Below, piece after piece: positions 33,905 to 43,763 of a DNA stretch of 64,000 bases. The notes beneath the pieces are model-generated. The model made no database searches. It was not told where the DNA came from and was given only the letters and a program-made list of their open reading frames with translations. This stretch comes from an uncultured Clostridia bacterium (GTDB lineage: Bacteria; Bacillota; Clostridia; TANB77; CAG-508): positions 6,719-70,718 of the forward strand of contig CANQGW010000003.1 of assembly GCA_947623555.1 (NCBI GenBank), written 5' to 3'. Each line of letters begins with the position of its first letter. Positions within the stretch are counted from its first letter, which is position 1. The position numbers were made by a program, and so were the translations under genes.

Positions 33905-36900
33905 TTAAAAACCTGTTCTTGGAAGTTTCTTTTCTATATATGTAGTAGTTTGCCATTTGGCTTTATGTTCTAATTCAATACTTTTATAGTTTCCTGTAAG
34001 TTTTGTATTATTAACCCATTTATCATTTTCTTTTACTGATGATAATACATTAGTGTATATAAATGGTTTTTCTACTGCTTCAAACCCAGGCATTACAGTA
34101 CCAAATTCTATTTTAAAGTCTGTAATATATTCGTTATTTTTAAGGTTTAATGCGGCAAAATCAATTTCGTTGTTAGTTTTTGTGTTATATGTTCCAAATT
34201 CAGTATAATCTTGCATTTTATTTGTTTTATACTTCACTATATAATTTAGGTCTTCATTATATGTTCCTGTATATAGTTTTGTAATTCTTATATATTGATA
34301 TGGTAAGTTATCAGTCCAAGTAAAGTTTTCTAAATATACATTTGATGAATTTTTTAATGCGGTAAAATCATACCTTATTTCATCATTTGGCTTTGCCTTT
34401 ACTGTGCCCTCTTTTTCTATGTATAATTTAGTAATTACACTTTCGTTTTCAATGGTAATTGGAACTGTTTTTAAGTTTTCGTTTATTTCTACATTATATA
34501 TTTGTGGGTTTAATAAATAATAGTCAGATCCGCTTTCTTTTTCTTTTATATAGTATTTTCCATATTCTAATAGCTTGCTTTTTCCTTTGCCATCACTTCC
34601 TATTGTAACTGTATCTACTAATTCGTTATTTTCTTTATATATTTCAAATACAGCATTTGAAAGTAATGTACCTTTTTGCTCTTTGGTTAGTTCATTATCG
34701 TTTGCACTTATTTTTGTAATTTCAATATAACCTTTTACCTTTTCATTTGTAAAGGTTATATTAGTTATTTCACCTTGTTTTAGCACTACTGTTTGTGGCT
34801 CCTCACTTAATACATAGTTTTGCAAGGTTTTTGTTTCTTTAATAGTATATGTTTTATCTACTGGAAGGTCTTTGCTTACTGCCTCACCATTTTCATTTGT
34901 TATTAAAGTATCTACAATTTTTCCTTCTTCGTCATATATATTAAATTCTACATTTGGAAGCCTTATTTCATTATTATCTAAATCAACCTTTATAACTTTA
35001 ACTTTACCTTTTTGCTTTTCATTTGTAAAGGTTATATTGGTTATTTCATCTTGCTTTAGCACTACTGTTTGTGGCTCCTCGTTTAATACATAGTTTTGCA
35101 AGGTTTTTGTTTCTTTAATAGTATATGTTTCATCTACCGGAAGGTCTTTGCTTACTGCCTCACCATTTTCATTTGTTATTAAAGTATCTACAATTTTTCC
35201 TTCCTCGTCATATATATTAAATTCTACATTTGGAAGCCTTATTTCATTATTATCTAAATCAACCTTTATAACTTTAACTTTGCCCTTTTTCTTTTCGTTT
35301 GTAAAGGTTATATTGCTTATTTCACCTTGCTTTAGTACTACTGTTTGTGGCTTTTCATTTAGTACATAATTTTGCAAAGTTTTTGTTTCTTGTATAGTTA
35401 ATTTTTCAAAATCTCTTATTGGGTACCTTTTAGTTAATGCTTCGCCATTTTCATTAGTTTTTATTGTTTCTAAAATATTTCCGTTTTCATCTAACACATT
35501 AAATTCAACATCTTTTAGTTTAACTTCATTATTATCCAAATCAACTTTTATTACTTTAATTTGCCCTTTTTTTAGCTCATTTTCTATAAGTGTTTCTTCT
35601 GTTTGGTCTGCTTTTACTTCTACACCTGTTTCATCTAATTTTAGCAAATACCATTTATTTGTTTTCTTTTCGATCCAACTATAATTTCCAACTCTTAAGT
35701 TTTCAACTAATATTTCTCCATCTGCATTTGTGCAGTATGTACCTATAACTTTTCCTTGTTCTTCAGAATATAGGTCAAACTCTACATTTCCTAATGCTAT
35801 TTTATGATTATCTTTATCCACTTTAATAAGTTTTAAATTGCCTGTTTTTCTAGTGTTTTCAAACGTTATGGTTGCTGTTTTATTATATTCTAATTTTACA
35901 GTTTTTATTTCTCCTGATAGTACATAATTTTCATTTGCAATGGTTTCTTTTACTTGATAAGTACCCGGATACAAATTTTGCACGGTTGCTTTTCCATTGC
36001 TTCCCGTTTTTACAGTTGCTACTACCTTTCCATCTTTACTAATTTCAAGTGTTGTATTTGGAATAGCCTTTTTAGTTTGTGCATCTTGTTTTAAAATTTC
36101 TATTGATGCATTATTAGTTTTTAATAAACATTTAGTGCTGGTAGTTGCTACTTCATATGGAGTTGCTACTACCACATAATCTTGGTAATCTGAATTTAAT
36201 GCATCTGCATAAAATGCAGGACAGGTTTTTACTTGTGCATTGGTAATTTTTATATTACCATTTATATCTTCTGTTATATTTTTAGTTGGAATTTTTACAG
36301 TAATGGTATTACCGCTTTTGGTATATGTAGTTTCCTCTGGAAAATTTTCTAATGAAATATCATAGCTTTTTAACTCTTTATTTGAGGTTAAATTAAAATT
36401 TTGAACTAAATTATTTTCTGAAATATAACTATTTCCGCTCTTTTCTAAATTTATTACTGCTGTTTGGTACTGGTCTGTACTACTTAATGCATAATTGTAT
36501 AAAGTTTCAGCCTCGTCTAAAATTTTTTTGCCTCTTCTTTGAATGTCTTCTAATGTAAGACCTATCTGCAAATCTGAATTAGCAATATGTGTTGGCACCA
36601 TATACTTACTTTTAGGTGAATTTTCTTCTTTTATGCAGTGTATAACTAATTTGTTTACAAAGTACCAGTCGTCATCACTTTCAACAGAAGTGTTTTGCCA
36701 ATTTACGCCTAAATATCCGTGGTATAGTGCTCTCCATACTCGCATGTCGTCAATATTTTTGCTAATTTCTGTTACATAACTATCTCCTGCTCCTGTTCCT
36801 ACCCCATCTTTTAATGGTTCTAAACAGAATGCGTCAAGTCTTTCACCTGTTGATGGGTCTTTATAATATACCCTCATTACTATTTTTAATAAACCATTTG

Positions 36901-37054
36901 ATTTATATTGTACAAAACCTGGTAGTTCCTTTTCCTTATGTAATGTTGTATAATCACCTATTTTTATACTGTATGCTTTTGTAAAAGGAGCAAGGCTATT
37001 TAAAAGTATTATTAATATTAGTATTATATAAATTAATTTTGTATTTGTTTTCAT
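33905..37054 (-). CDS. Large cell-surface protein: signal peptide, N-terminal adhesin-like region, multiple Cna-B/SpaA-type (prealbumin-fold) domains, C-terminal LPRTG
   Basis: 1049 aa. Repeated G.Y...E...P.GY-type domains include three near-identical 92-aa units. It ends KKLPRTGF-stop and lies next to a sortase gene. Confidence 0.85.
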   Translation of the reverse strand: MKTNTKLIYIILILIILLNSLAPFTKAYSIKIGDYTTLHKEKELPGFVQYKSNGLLKIVMRVYYKDPSTGERLDAFCLEPLKDGVGTGAGDSYVTEISKNIDDMRVWRALYHGYLGVNWQNTSVESDDDWYFVNKLVIHCIKEENSPKSKYMVPTHIANSDLQIGLTLEDIQRRGKKILDEAETLYNYALSSTDQYQTAVINLEKSGNSYISENNLVQNFNLTSNKELKSYDISLENFPEETTYTKSGNTITVKIPTKNITEDINGNIKITNAQVKTCPAFYADALNSDYQDYVVVATPYEVATTSTKCLLKTNNASIEILKQDAQTKKAIPNTTLEISKDGKVVATVKTGSNGKATVQNLYPGTYQVKETIANENYVLSGEIKTVKLEYNKTATITFENTRKTGNLKLIKVDKDNHKIALGNVEFDLYSEEQGKVIGTYCTNADGEILVENLRVGNYSWIEKKTNKWYLLKLDETGVEVKADQTEETLIENELKKGQIKVIKVDLDNNEVKLKDVEFNVLDENGNILETIKTNENGEALTKRYPIRDFEKLTIQETKTLQNYVLNEKPQTVVLKQGEISNITFTNEKKKGKVKVIKVDLDNNEIRLPNVEFNIYDEEGKIVDTLITNENGEAVSKDLPVDETYTIKETKTLQNYVLNEEPQTVVLKQDEITNITFTNEKQKGKVKVIKVDLDNNEIRLPNVEFNIYDEEGKIVDTLITNENGEAVSKDLPVDKTYTIKETKTLQNYVLSEEPQTVVLKQGEITNITFTNEKVKGYIEITKISANDNELTKEQKGTLLSNAVFEIYKENNELVDTVTIGSDGKGKSKLLEYGKYYIKEKESGSDYYLLNPQIYNVEINENLKTVPITIENESVITKLYIEKEGTVKAKPNDEIRYDFTALKNSSNVYLENFTWTDNLPYQYIRITKLYTGTYNEDLNYIVKYKTNKMQDYTEFGTYNTKTNNEIDFAALNLKNNEYITDFKIEFGTVMPGFEAVEKPFIYTNVLSSVKENDKWVNNTKLTGNYKSIELEHKAKWQTTTYIEKKLPRTGF
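34741..35568. repeat. Three tandem 276-bp repeats (92-aa Cna-B-type units) inside the surface-protein gene
   Basis: atttgtaaag recurs at 34745, 35021 and (as gtttgtaaag) 35297. The shadow ORFs 34872..35093 and 35148..35369 are nearly identical and offset by 276 bp. Confidence 0.9.
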
Positions 37055-37078
37055 TTTACATTTATCCTTTCACTATAA

Positions 37079-37694
37079 TTAATATATTCCATCTCTTGCA
37101 ATTTCTACTGCTTGCACGCATCTTCTGTACTGTCTTCTATTTTCTTCGCATGTAATTAACGTTATACGGTTATCTACGGTTTGCTCTAAATAACTCCAAT
37201 CAGTTTCTAATATTGTTTTATTCGTTTGTACTTTATACACTCTCTTTCCTTTTGTAGTAATGTAAATTATTTCATCCCCTATTTTTAAATTTTTTATATT
37301 TTCAAAAAAGTTACATTGATTTCCTCTATTATGTGCTGCTAAGCCCACATTACCGCTTCCATGAGCTAGTTTCTGTAAAATGCCCAACTGCAGTTAGCAT
37401 GGTTTCTAATGTAGTACCTTCTTTAATATGAACATCTAAATTAATTTTAGGTATTTGAATACGCCATGTTATGTTTTTATTTTCGTTAACCCATTGCCTT
37501 TGAGTTTTTGCCTTACTGTCTACTAGTTGCACCACTTCGGCTTGATTTTCATTAGAATTTTCATTTATGGAAATTTGAGTTTTAAAAATTTTATTATTTA
37601 AAAATGGATTACATATAAAATGCACAATTGAAAAAATGATAATTGAAATAATTAAAGCTAATAAACTAATGTTATTTTTTGTATAACTAATCAC
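37079..37694 (-). CDS. Sortase (TLITC active-site motif); needs a +1 shift at in-frame CGG (37355..37353)
   Basis: ORF 37350..37694 ends ..AVGHFTETSSWK-CGG-TAA. Skipping the C gives ..SSWKGNVGLAAHNRGNQ.., which continues in ORF 37079..37387 to ..RITLITCE.. (204 aa). GTG start. Confidence 0.85.
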
Positions 37695-37921
37695 ATAAAC
37701 TTCACCCGCCTATATAAAAATAAATTTTTCACATTTGGATTTTTTAAGAAAAAAATCTTTTGAATAAATTTTTTTGAAATAATTTTTAAAAAAATTGCAA
37801 TTTTTTAAATTTAATTTATATTACACCCATTTTCTAAATTTGTAAAGGATTTTTCATCGACCGTTTTCGACCTTTTTTGCATATAACACAAAAATAGCAC
37901 ATATAATATATGTGCTATTTT

Positions 37922-39424
37922 TTAGCTTTCTTTATATAAATTTATATCAAAGTAGAATTCCACTCCGTCTTCCTTATTTTCTACTCCGTAGCTATTTTTA
38001 TAATTAGTTTGAATTGCTTTAACTACTGAAAGCCCTATTCCACTACCACCATTTTCGCGGTTTCTAGAAGTATCTACTTTATAAAATCTTCCCCAAATTC
38101 TATCTAAATCCTCTGGGGCAATTTGTTTTCCTGTATTATATACATATACTCTTGCTTTGTCATTTACTTTTTCTATTTTTATTTTAATTTGTTTTTTTCC
38201 ATTTACATTTTCTGCATGTTTTATTGCATTTGTAAAATAATTTGTTAATACTTGATCAATATAAAAGTCGTCTGCATACACATAAACGGGTTTATTTTCA
38301 TTAAACATTACTTCTATTTGATTTTCTTTAAGCATAACATCACATTTTCTAACTACTTCTTTTATTAGCTCAATTAAATCAAATTTGTTATCATTAAAGT
38401 TTCTTTTTCCATATTCAAGTTTCATTAGTTCTAATAATTGCTTTACTAGTTCATCCATTTTGTTCGATTCGTCTAGTATTACTTCTGCATAAAACTTTTT
38501 AGATTCTTCATCTGTATTTACATTTTCTACTAGCCCTTCTGCATAACCTTGTATTAGTGCAATTGGAGTTTTAAGTTCATGTGATACATCTGAAATAAAT
38601 TGCTTTCTCATTTCATCAATTTTAGATTTTTCTTCAATGTCCTTTTCTAGCTCTTTGTTATTTTCCCTTAATTGTTTTATTGTGGTTTCTAGTTTATCTG
38701 ACATAGTATTAATATTTTGCCCTAACTCATTTATTTCATCATCAGAATCTGTAATTCGATATTTTTGGCTAAAGTCTAATTTTGCCATTTTGTTAGTAAT
38801 TTCATTTAGTTCGGAAATTGGTTTGGTAAACTTGTGTGAAATAAACGAAGCTATAAATGAAGATAATACTATTGTAAGTAAGCCAATTAAAATTAATGCT
38901 TCATTAGATATTCTAACGCTTTCTTCTATTGGAGCAATTGGAATTCTAATATATAAATTATACCCATTTACTAAATTTCCTGAAAGTAAAATATAATTTA
39001 AGTTATTAGCATTATCTGTTATTTTTCTAATTTGCATATTTTCATCTGAATAAATTATATTTGCACCTTTTATATTGGCTTGCATATTCATATTTATAAC
39101 ATCATCAATACTTTCTAAAAAGTCTTTATTAGTAGAAAATACTATTAAGTCTGTATCTGCTTTAATTAATATATCAAAATTATTCCTATATGCAATTCTT
39201 TTAAGTTCGTTTTCTAAATTGGTTTCTAAACTTGGGCTTTTATAATAATTATTAATTTTTTGATATACTTGTTTTATAGTTCTAGTTTTACTATACATAT
39301 AAAAATTTTCCAAAACTAATCTGTTTACCACAATTAATGATGACACAATTATAACAATAACTATGCAAAGCGTAACAAATAGTTTAACTCTTACTGATTT
39401 AAATTGTGATTTTATTTTTTCCAT
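37922..39424 (-). CDS. Sensor histidine kinase (HAMP-HisKA-HATPase_c)
   Basis: H-box FISDVSHELKTPIA, N-box NAIKH, G-box GGSGIGLSVV. Confidence 0.9.
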   Translation of the reverse strand: MEKIKSQFKSVRVKLFVTLCIVIVIIVSSLIVVNRLVLENFYMYSKTRTIKQVYQKINNYYKSPSLETNLENELKRIAYRNNFDILIKADTDLIVFSTNKDFLESIDDVINMNMQANIKGANIIYSDENMQIRKITDNANNLNYILLSGNLVNGYNLYIRIPIAPIEESVRISNEALILIGLLTIVLSSFIASFISHKFTKPISELNEITNKMAKLDFSQKYRITDSDDEINELGQNINTMSDKLETTIKQLRENNKELEKDIEEKSKIDEMRKQFISDVSHELKTPIALIQGYAEGLVENVNTDEESKKFYAEVILDESNKMDELVKQLLELMKLEYGKRNFNDNKFDLIELIKEVVRKCDVMLKENQIEVMFNENKPVYVYADDFYIDQVLTNYFTNAIKHAENVNGKKQIKIKIEKVNDKARVYVYNTGKQIAPEDLDRIWGRFYKVDTSRNRENGGSGIGLSVVKAIQTNYKNSYGVENKEDGVEFYFDINLYKES

Positions 39425-39437
39425 TATTTCCTCTTTC

Positions 39438-40115
39438 TTATTTTACTTCAAATTTATAACCAACGCCCCTCATGGTTTCTATATATTTTCCTTTTTTTCC
39501 TAATTTATGCCTTATTTTCTTAATATGGCTATCTATAGTTCTAGAATCTCCATAATAGTCATAATTCCAAACATTATTTAAAATTTTATCTCTAGAAAGT
39601 GCAATTCCTTGATTATCTACTAAATATTTTAAAAGCTCATATTCACGAAGGCTCATCTCAATTTCTTTTCCATCTATTTTTACAGTTCTTCCTTCTGGGT
39701 CTATAGTAATTCCGCCATATTCTTTTAACTGCTTTGTATCACCCATACTTCTTTTTAGTATAGCCTCTACCCTTGCTACTAAAATTTTAGGGCTAAATGG
39801 TTTTGAAATGTATTCATCTACACCTAATTCAAAGCCAAAAAGTTCATCTTGCTCTTCGCCCCTTGCTGTAAGCATAATAATAGGCACTTTGGAAGTTTGC
39901 CTAATTTGACGAAGCACAGACCAACCATCTAGTTTTGGCATCATAACATCTAATAAAATTAAGTTTATTTTTTGTTTATTTTCCTCATATATTTTTAAAG
40001 CCTCTTCTCCATCTTCAGCTTCTAAAATAGAATAACCTTTTTGTAATAAGAAATCTTTAAGTAATTTTCTCATTCTTGATTCATCATCTACTACTAAAAC
40101 TGTAATATTACTCAT
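39438..40115 (-). CDS. OmpR-family response regulator
   Basis: VLVVDDE..LILLDVMMPKLDG plus a winged-helix C-terminus (..IETMRGVGYKF). Confidence 0.92.
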   Translation of the reverse strand: MSNITVLVVDDESRMRKLLKDFLLQKGYSILEAEDGEEALKIYEENKQKINLILLDVMMPKLDGWSVLRQIRQTSKVPIIMLTARGEEQDELFGFELGVDEYISKPFSPKILVARVEAILKRSMGDTKQLKEYGGITIDPEGRTVKIDGKEIEMSLREYELLKYLVDNQGIALSRDKILNNVWNYDYYGDSRTIDSHIKKIRHKLGKKGKYIETMRGVGYKFEVK

Positions 40116-40250
40116 TTAAAAATCATCCTTTCAGGCATAAATATTGTCTAATTTTTTAGCTTTACTTATTGATAATTATATATTATATATCTACTTTATG
40201 TCTATATTGTGAACAAATCTAGACTAAAATTTGATAAAAATTTTCAAACA

Positions 40251-40296
40251 AAAAACACGTGTAATTATTAATATAAAATAATTACACATGTTTTTT
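40251..40296 (-). terminator. Intrinsic terminator after the SSB-like gene
   Basis: 19-bp stem aaaaacacgtgtaattatt / aataattacacatgttttt with a T run. Confidence 0.7.
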
Positions 40297-40303
40297 CTTT
40301 TTG

Positions 40304-41011
40304 TTAAATAGCTTCTTTATTTTCTTCTGCTTCTATATTTTCACCTTTGTTTTCTTCATTACCTTCTTGGTTTGCAACTTCTAAACTAGATACAGATACC
40401 TCGTAAGCTACCTTTTTTTCTACAGTTCCATCTTCATATTTCTTTTCATATTCTCTTGACTGAACTCTACCTATTATTTTTACTTCTGTTCCAACTGGCA
40501 CGTTTTCGCAAAATCTAGCATTTCTTCCCCATGCAATACATGGTATATAGTCAGATTTATTATATGCTCTATTTACTGCTAATAAAATATCTGAAATTTC
40601 TCTTCCAAATGGAGTTTTACGATAAATTGGTTTTTTGCAAATAAAACCATCTAGTATTACTTCATTAGAAACTTGATCTTTTCTGATTTCTACTTCTTCA
40701 TCATTATCTTCAATAAATTCAAGATCTTTTGCAAATACTGTTAAGATTAATTTGTTTTTTTCATGGTCATAACTGTTATATGATCTAAATTGACCATCAA
40801 TTTTTAAATTACTTCCTATCTCAATGTCTTTAATTGTTAATAATCTTTCAGAAATTGTTACTGGAATAATATCTGCATTACCGCTTAAACGTGGTACACT
40901 TAAGTCAAATATGTAAAACTTTTCTCCATAAATTTCATGACTAAAATTTTTTTCACTTGTAACCTTTCCAACCAATGTTAAATGGTTATTATCATCATAA
41001 TTTGTATTCAA
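40304..41011 (-). CDS. SSB-like OB-fold protein (two OB-like halves, acidic tail)
   Basis: NHLTLVGKVT.. and ..IPCIAWGRNARF..VKIIGRVQSREY.. resemble SSB-family paralogs of Clostridia. Confidence 0.6.
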   Translation of the reverse strand: MNTNYDDNNHLTLVGKVTSEKNFSHEIYGEKFYIFDLSVPRLSGNADIIPVTISERLLTIKDIEIGSNLKIDGQFRSYNSYDHEKNKLILTVFAKDLEFIEDNDEEVEIRKDQVSNEVILDGFICKKPIYRKTPFGREISDILLAVNRAYNKSDYIPCIAWGRNARFCENVPVGTEVKIIGRVQSREYEKKYEDGTVEKKVAYEVSVSSLEVANQEGNEENKGENIEAEENKEAI

Positions 41012-41155
41012 TTTAATTTCCTCCCTACTTTTGTTTCTTATTTTAGTTTATTCATAGTATGTATAATTTAGACTAATTACTAGTCACATTCTATATTATA
41101 CTACACTTTTTTGGTTTTGTCTACATAAAATGTTAAAATTTTCATTTATTGTAAA

Positions 41156-41632
41156 TTATAAGCCATATATAAGCTTTAAAGCAAGCAATTCCATAACTGC
41201 ATAACTATTGATATTTTCTGTTATTTGCATGCTAACCTCTTGCGGTTCTACCCTTTTTTGGTTTATGTTTTGAATGGTTCTTTGCAAACATATCATAATT
41301 TTACTTTCTTCTATGCTAGAGGCTGTAATTGTTGCCTTTTGATTAAACCCATAAGATATAAGCTTAAAATTTAGATTTTCTAGTAATTTTAAATTTTCTA
41401 TAATATCTGTATTAAAAATAACAAAGTCTGCCTTTTGTGCCATTTGCCTAATTATTTTTTTATTTTTATTTATTTTTTTACCTATAACAATTGTTTCAAA
41501 CTTAATATTTTTTAAGTTTTTAATTGTAGTTTCTTTTAAGAAGAAGGTTTGATCCTCTTTTAATTCATTTTTAAGCTGGTCTTTTATATAATTTTCATTA
41601 CTTTTTTCTGTTAAGATTCCCACTAAAGACAT
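41156..41632 (-). CDS. Hypothetical protein
   Basis: 158-aa ORF with no recognised motif. Confidence 0.4.
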   Translation of the reverse strand: MSLVGILTEKSNENYIKDQLKNELKEDQTFFLKETTIKNLKNIKFETIVIGKKINKNKKIIRQMAQKADFVIFNTDIIENLKLLENLNFKLISYGFNQKATITASSIEESKIMICLQRTIQNINQKRVEPQEVSMQITENINSYAVMELLALKLIYGL

Positions 41633-41736
41633 TGTGATTAAACTCCTTATTTTTATTTTTAAAACAGTGTTAATCTACATACTTGTTATATTTTTATTAT
41701 ACCAATTAAAAAATGGTTTATTCAGAAAAATAGTAA

Positions 41737-42507
41737 TTATTGTAATTTTTGCACGCCATTACCATCTATTACATAATTATCTTTATAAATTATGTTTGAA
41801 ACAGTAGTTACCTCATAGCCTGCATTTTTAATATTTTGTAAAATCATCTCTAGGCTATCTGCAGTATGTTTAGTGCCATTATGCATTAAAATAATTGAGC
41901 CATTACTTAACTTACCATTTAACCTTGCCCACATTTGCTCTGCGGTTAGCCCATTATAGTCTAATGTGTCCAAATTCCATTGAATAGTAATATGGCTTGC
42001 TTGTTTGGCTGATTTTATTACATTGTTATTATATTCACCGTATGGTGCACGGTAAAGTATACTGCCGCTTCCTGTTATATTTTTAATTTTATTTGAACAT
42101 TCCTGTATTTGTTTTATATTTTCCTCCATACTTAAATTATTTACATGTGGGTGAGTATTAGAATGATTACCTATTTCATGCCCTGCTTCTGCTATCTTTT
42201 TTAATGCTTCTGGATACTTATCTACCCAGTCCCCTACAACAAAAAATGTTATTTTAACTTGGTTTTTTTCTAATATATCTAAAATTTTATCTATATCATC
42301 AGCATTCCATGCACAGTTCATTGTAAGAGCAACCTTATTTTCAGTTGTTTGCACATTATATATTGGTAGTTCTTTTATTGCTGCTGATGTAATAATTGCA
42401 TTTTCGCCATTATTTGTAACTGCAAAAGCTATTATAAATAAAGCAACTACTGTGCTAAATGCTACTAAATAAGAATATATTTTTTGTTTATTAAAAACTA
42501 TAAACAT
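41737..42507 (-). CDS. pdaB: Polysaccharide deacetylase family sporulation protein (PdaB-like)
   Basis: NodB-domain motifs: TFFVVGDW, GHEIGNHSNTHPH, LYRAPYGEYN, IILMHNG. Confidence 0.85.
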   Translation of the reverse strand: MFIVFNKQKIYSYLVAFSTVVALFIIAFAVTNNGENAIITSAAIKELPIYNVQTTENKVALTMNCAWNADDIDKILDILEKNQVKITFFVVGDWVDKYPEALKKIAEAGHEIGNHSNTHPHVNNLSMEENIKQIQECSNKIKNITGSGSILYRAPYGEYNNNVIKSAKQASHITIQWNLDTLDYNGLTAEQMWARLNGKLSNGSIILMHNGTKHTADSLEMILQNIKNAGYEVTTVSNIIYKDNYVIDGNGVQKLQ

Positions 42508-42660
42508 ACTACTTCCTCCTATCGTTTGTTAGTTTAATATATGCTTGTTTATTTTGTTTTATGATTTTTAGGCTGTTTAAATTTAGTTATCATTTTTTGG
42601 TACTTTTTGTCGTTTTTTATCATAGGATATATAAAAACAGAAAGGATGGAAAATAAAATT

Positions 42661-43113
42661 ATGGAATATGAAAAATGTGTATGCCCAGTTTTAAATGTAG
42701 ATGGAGCTATTGCTACAGGAAAACAATTTGATTTAGACATTACTTTACCAGAAGATAACAGAACTGTTATTTATGGAATTATTAAAGACTGCTATCAAGA
42801 GCCAGTTTGTGACGCCGTTGTAAAACTAATTGAAGTTGTTTGTGACTGTGGTAAAGAGGAAAGAAGACCTGTTTCTCATACTTTTACTGACAAAAATGGT
42901 GAGTTTGTTTTTGGACCTCTTTGTGCTAACCGTTTATATGAAATTGAAGTATGGGCTGACCAAGTAAAACATTGTAAAGTATGTACTTCTTGCAAACATG
43001 AGGGTAAATGCTTAAAAGGTGTTGAACTTGAATGTCCAAAGCTTGAAGGCAAGCCATGTGACAAACCTTGTGATGACCACTGTGATAAACCAGTTCAAAA
43101 TCATTGCAAATAG
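42661..43113 (+). CDS. Cys-rich protein with a carboxypeptidase-regulatory-like beta-sandwich and a CDKPCDDHCDKP tail (possible spore-coat component)
   Basis: ..VIYGIIKD....VCDAVVKLIEV...TDKNGEFVFGPL...YEIEVWA, followed by a Cys/Lys/Pro-rich tail. I chose the start at 42661 (MEYEK) for its spacing after the aaaggatgg RBS. Confidence 0.55.
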   Translation: MEYEKCVCPVLNVDGAIATGKQFDLDITLPEDNRTVIYGIIKDCYQEPVCDAVVKLIEVVCDCGKEERRPVSHTFTDKNGEFVFGPLCANRLYEIEVWADQVKHCKVCTSCKHEGKCLKGVELECPKLEGKPCDKPCDDHCDKPVQNHCK

Positions 43114-43159
43114 GTTAAATATAAAAGAAAAAAGTGAACAAAGTTCACTTTTTTCTTTA

Positions 43160-43300
43160 TTACATAATTCCCATTCTTTTAGCTAGTTGTTTTCCTTTTC
43201 TCATCATTTTTCTTTTGCTTTGTCCCATAGTTTCTGCATATACCATTGCTATTCCCGCTGTCACCATTCCACCAATTAACATACCTTTTATAAATTTCAT
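43160..43300 (-). CDS. Small (46-aa) hypothetical membrane/basic protein
   Basis: It falls below the ORF-track cutoff. A strong RBS (aaaggagga) sits 8 nt before the ATG at 43300. Translation: MKFIKGMLIGGMVTAGIAMVYAETMGQSKRKMMRKGKQLAKRMGIM. It competes with the low-complexity plus-strand ORF 43134..43340. Confidence 0.5.
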   Translation of the reverse strand: MKFIKGMLIGGMVTAGIAMVYAETMGQSKRKMMRKGKQLAKRMGIM

Positions 43301-43358
43301 ATTTTTAGTCCTCCTTTTACATAACCTACATTTCAATTGAAAAAAGTTATCAATTGTT

Positions 43359-43749
43359 TCAATTATTTTTAGTATGTCTTATTTTTTCTTTTATATACAT
43401 TTTATACCAAGAATAAATTTCATTTATAGCAATAATTAATAAAAATATTCCAAATAGTTTTTTGAGTAAACTTACATCCATTTGGCTACTTATTTTAGCA
43501 CTAATACCTGCAGTAATTACACCAATTATTACAATTGGTATAGCTTCTTTCCAAAGAATATTTTTATTTTTTAAACTGATAATAACTGAAGTAATTGCTG
43601 TTGGAATAAAAAAAACTAAATTAGTTGCCTGTGCTACATGCTGATTTACTTTTAATAAAATAGAAAGGAGGAGAATTAATACTGTTCCTCCTCCCATTCC
43701 CATTCCGACTAACAATTCCAGAAATAAAACCTATTAGTAATTCAAACAT
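43359..43749 (-). CDS. TauE/SafE-family half-size membrane protein (second of a pair); needs a +1 shift at in-frame CGG (43707..43705)
   Basis: The ATG at 43749 gives MFELLIGFISGIVS-CGG-NGNGRRNS... Skipping the C gives ..GIVSGMGMGGGTVLILLL.., the family's G-rich first helix, in frame with ORF 43359..43715. Confidence 0.8.
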
Positions 43750-43763
43750 TTTTAACTTTCCTA

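Noticed and set aside
34872-35369. Two nearly identical plus-strand ORFs (34872..35093 and 35148..35369), and the 276-bp periodicity as a possible CRISPR-like array.
   Set aside because: They are antisense shadows of the tandem coding repeats of the surface protein. There is no short repeat-spacer structure and there are no cas genes.
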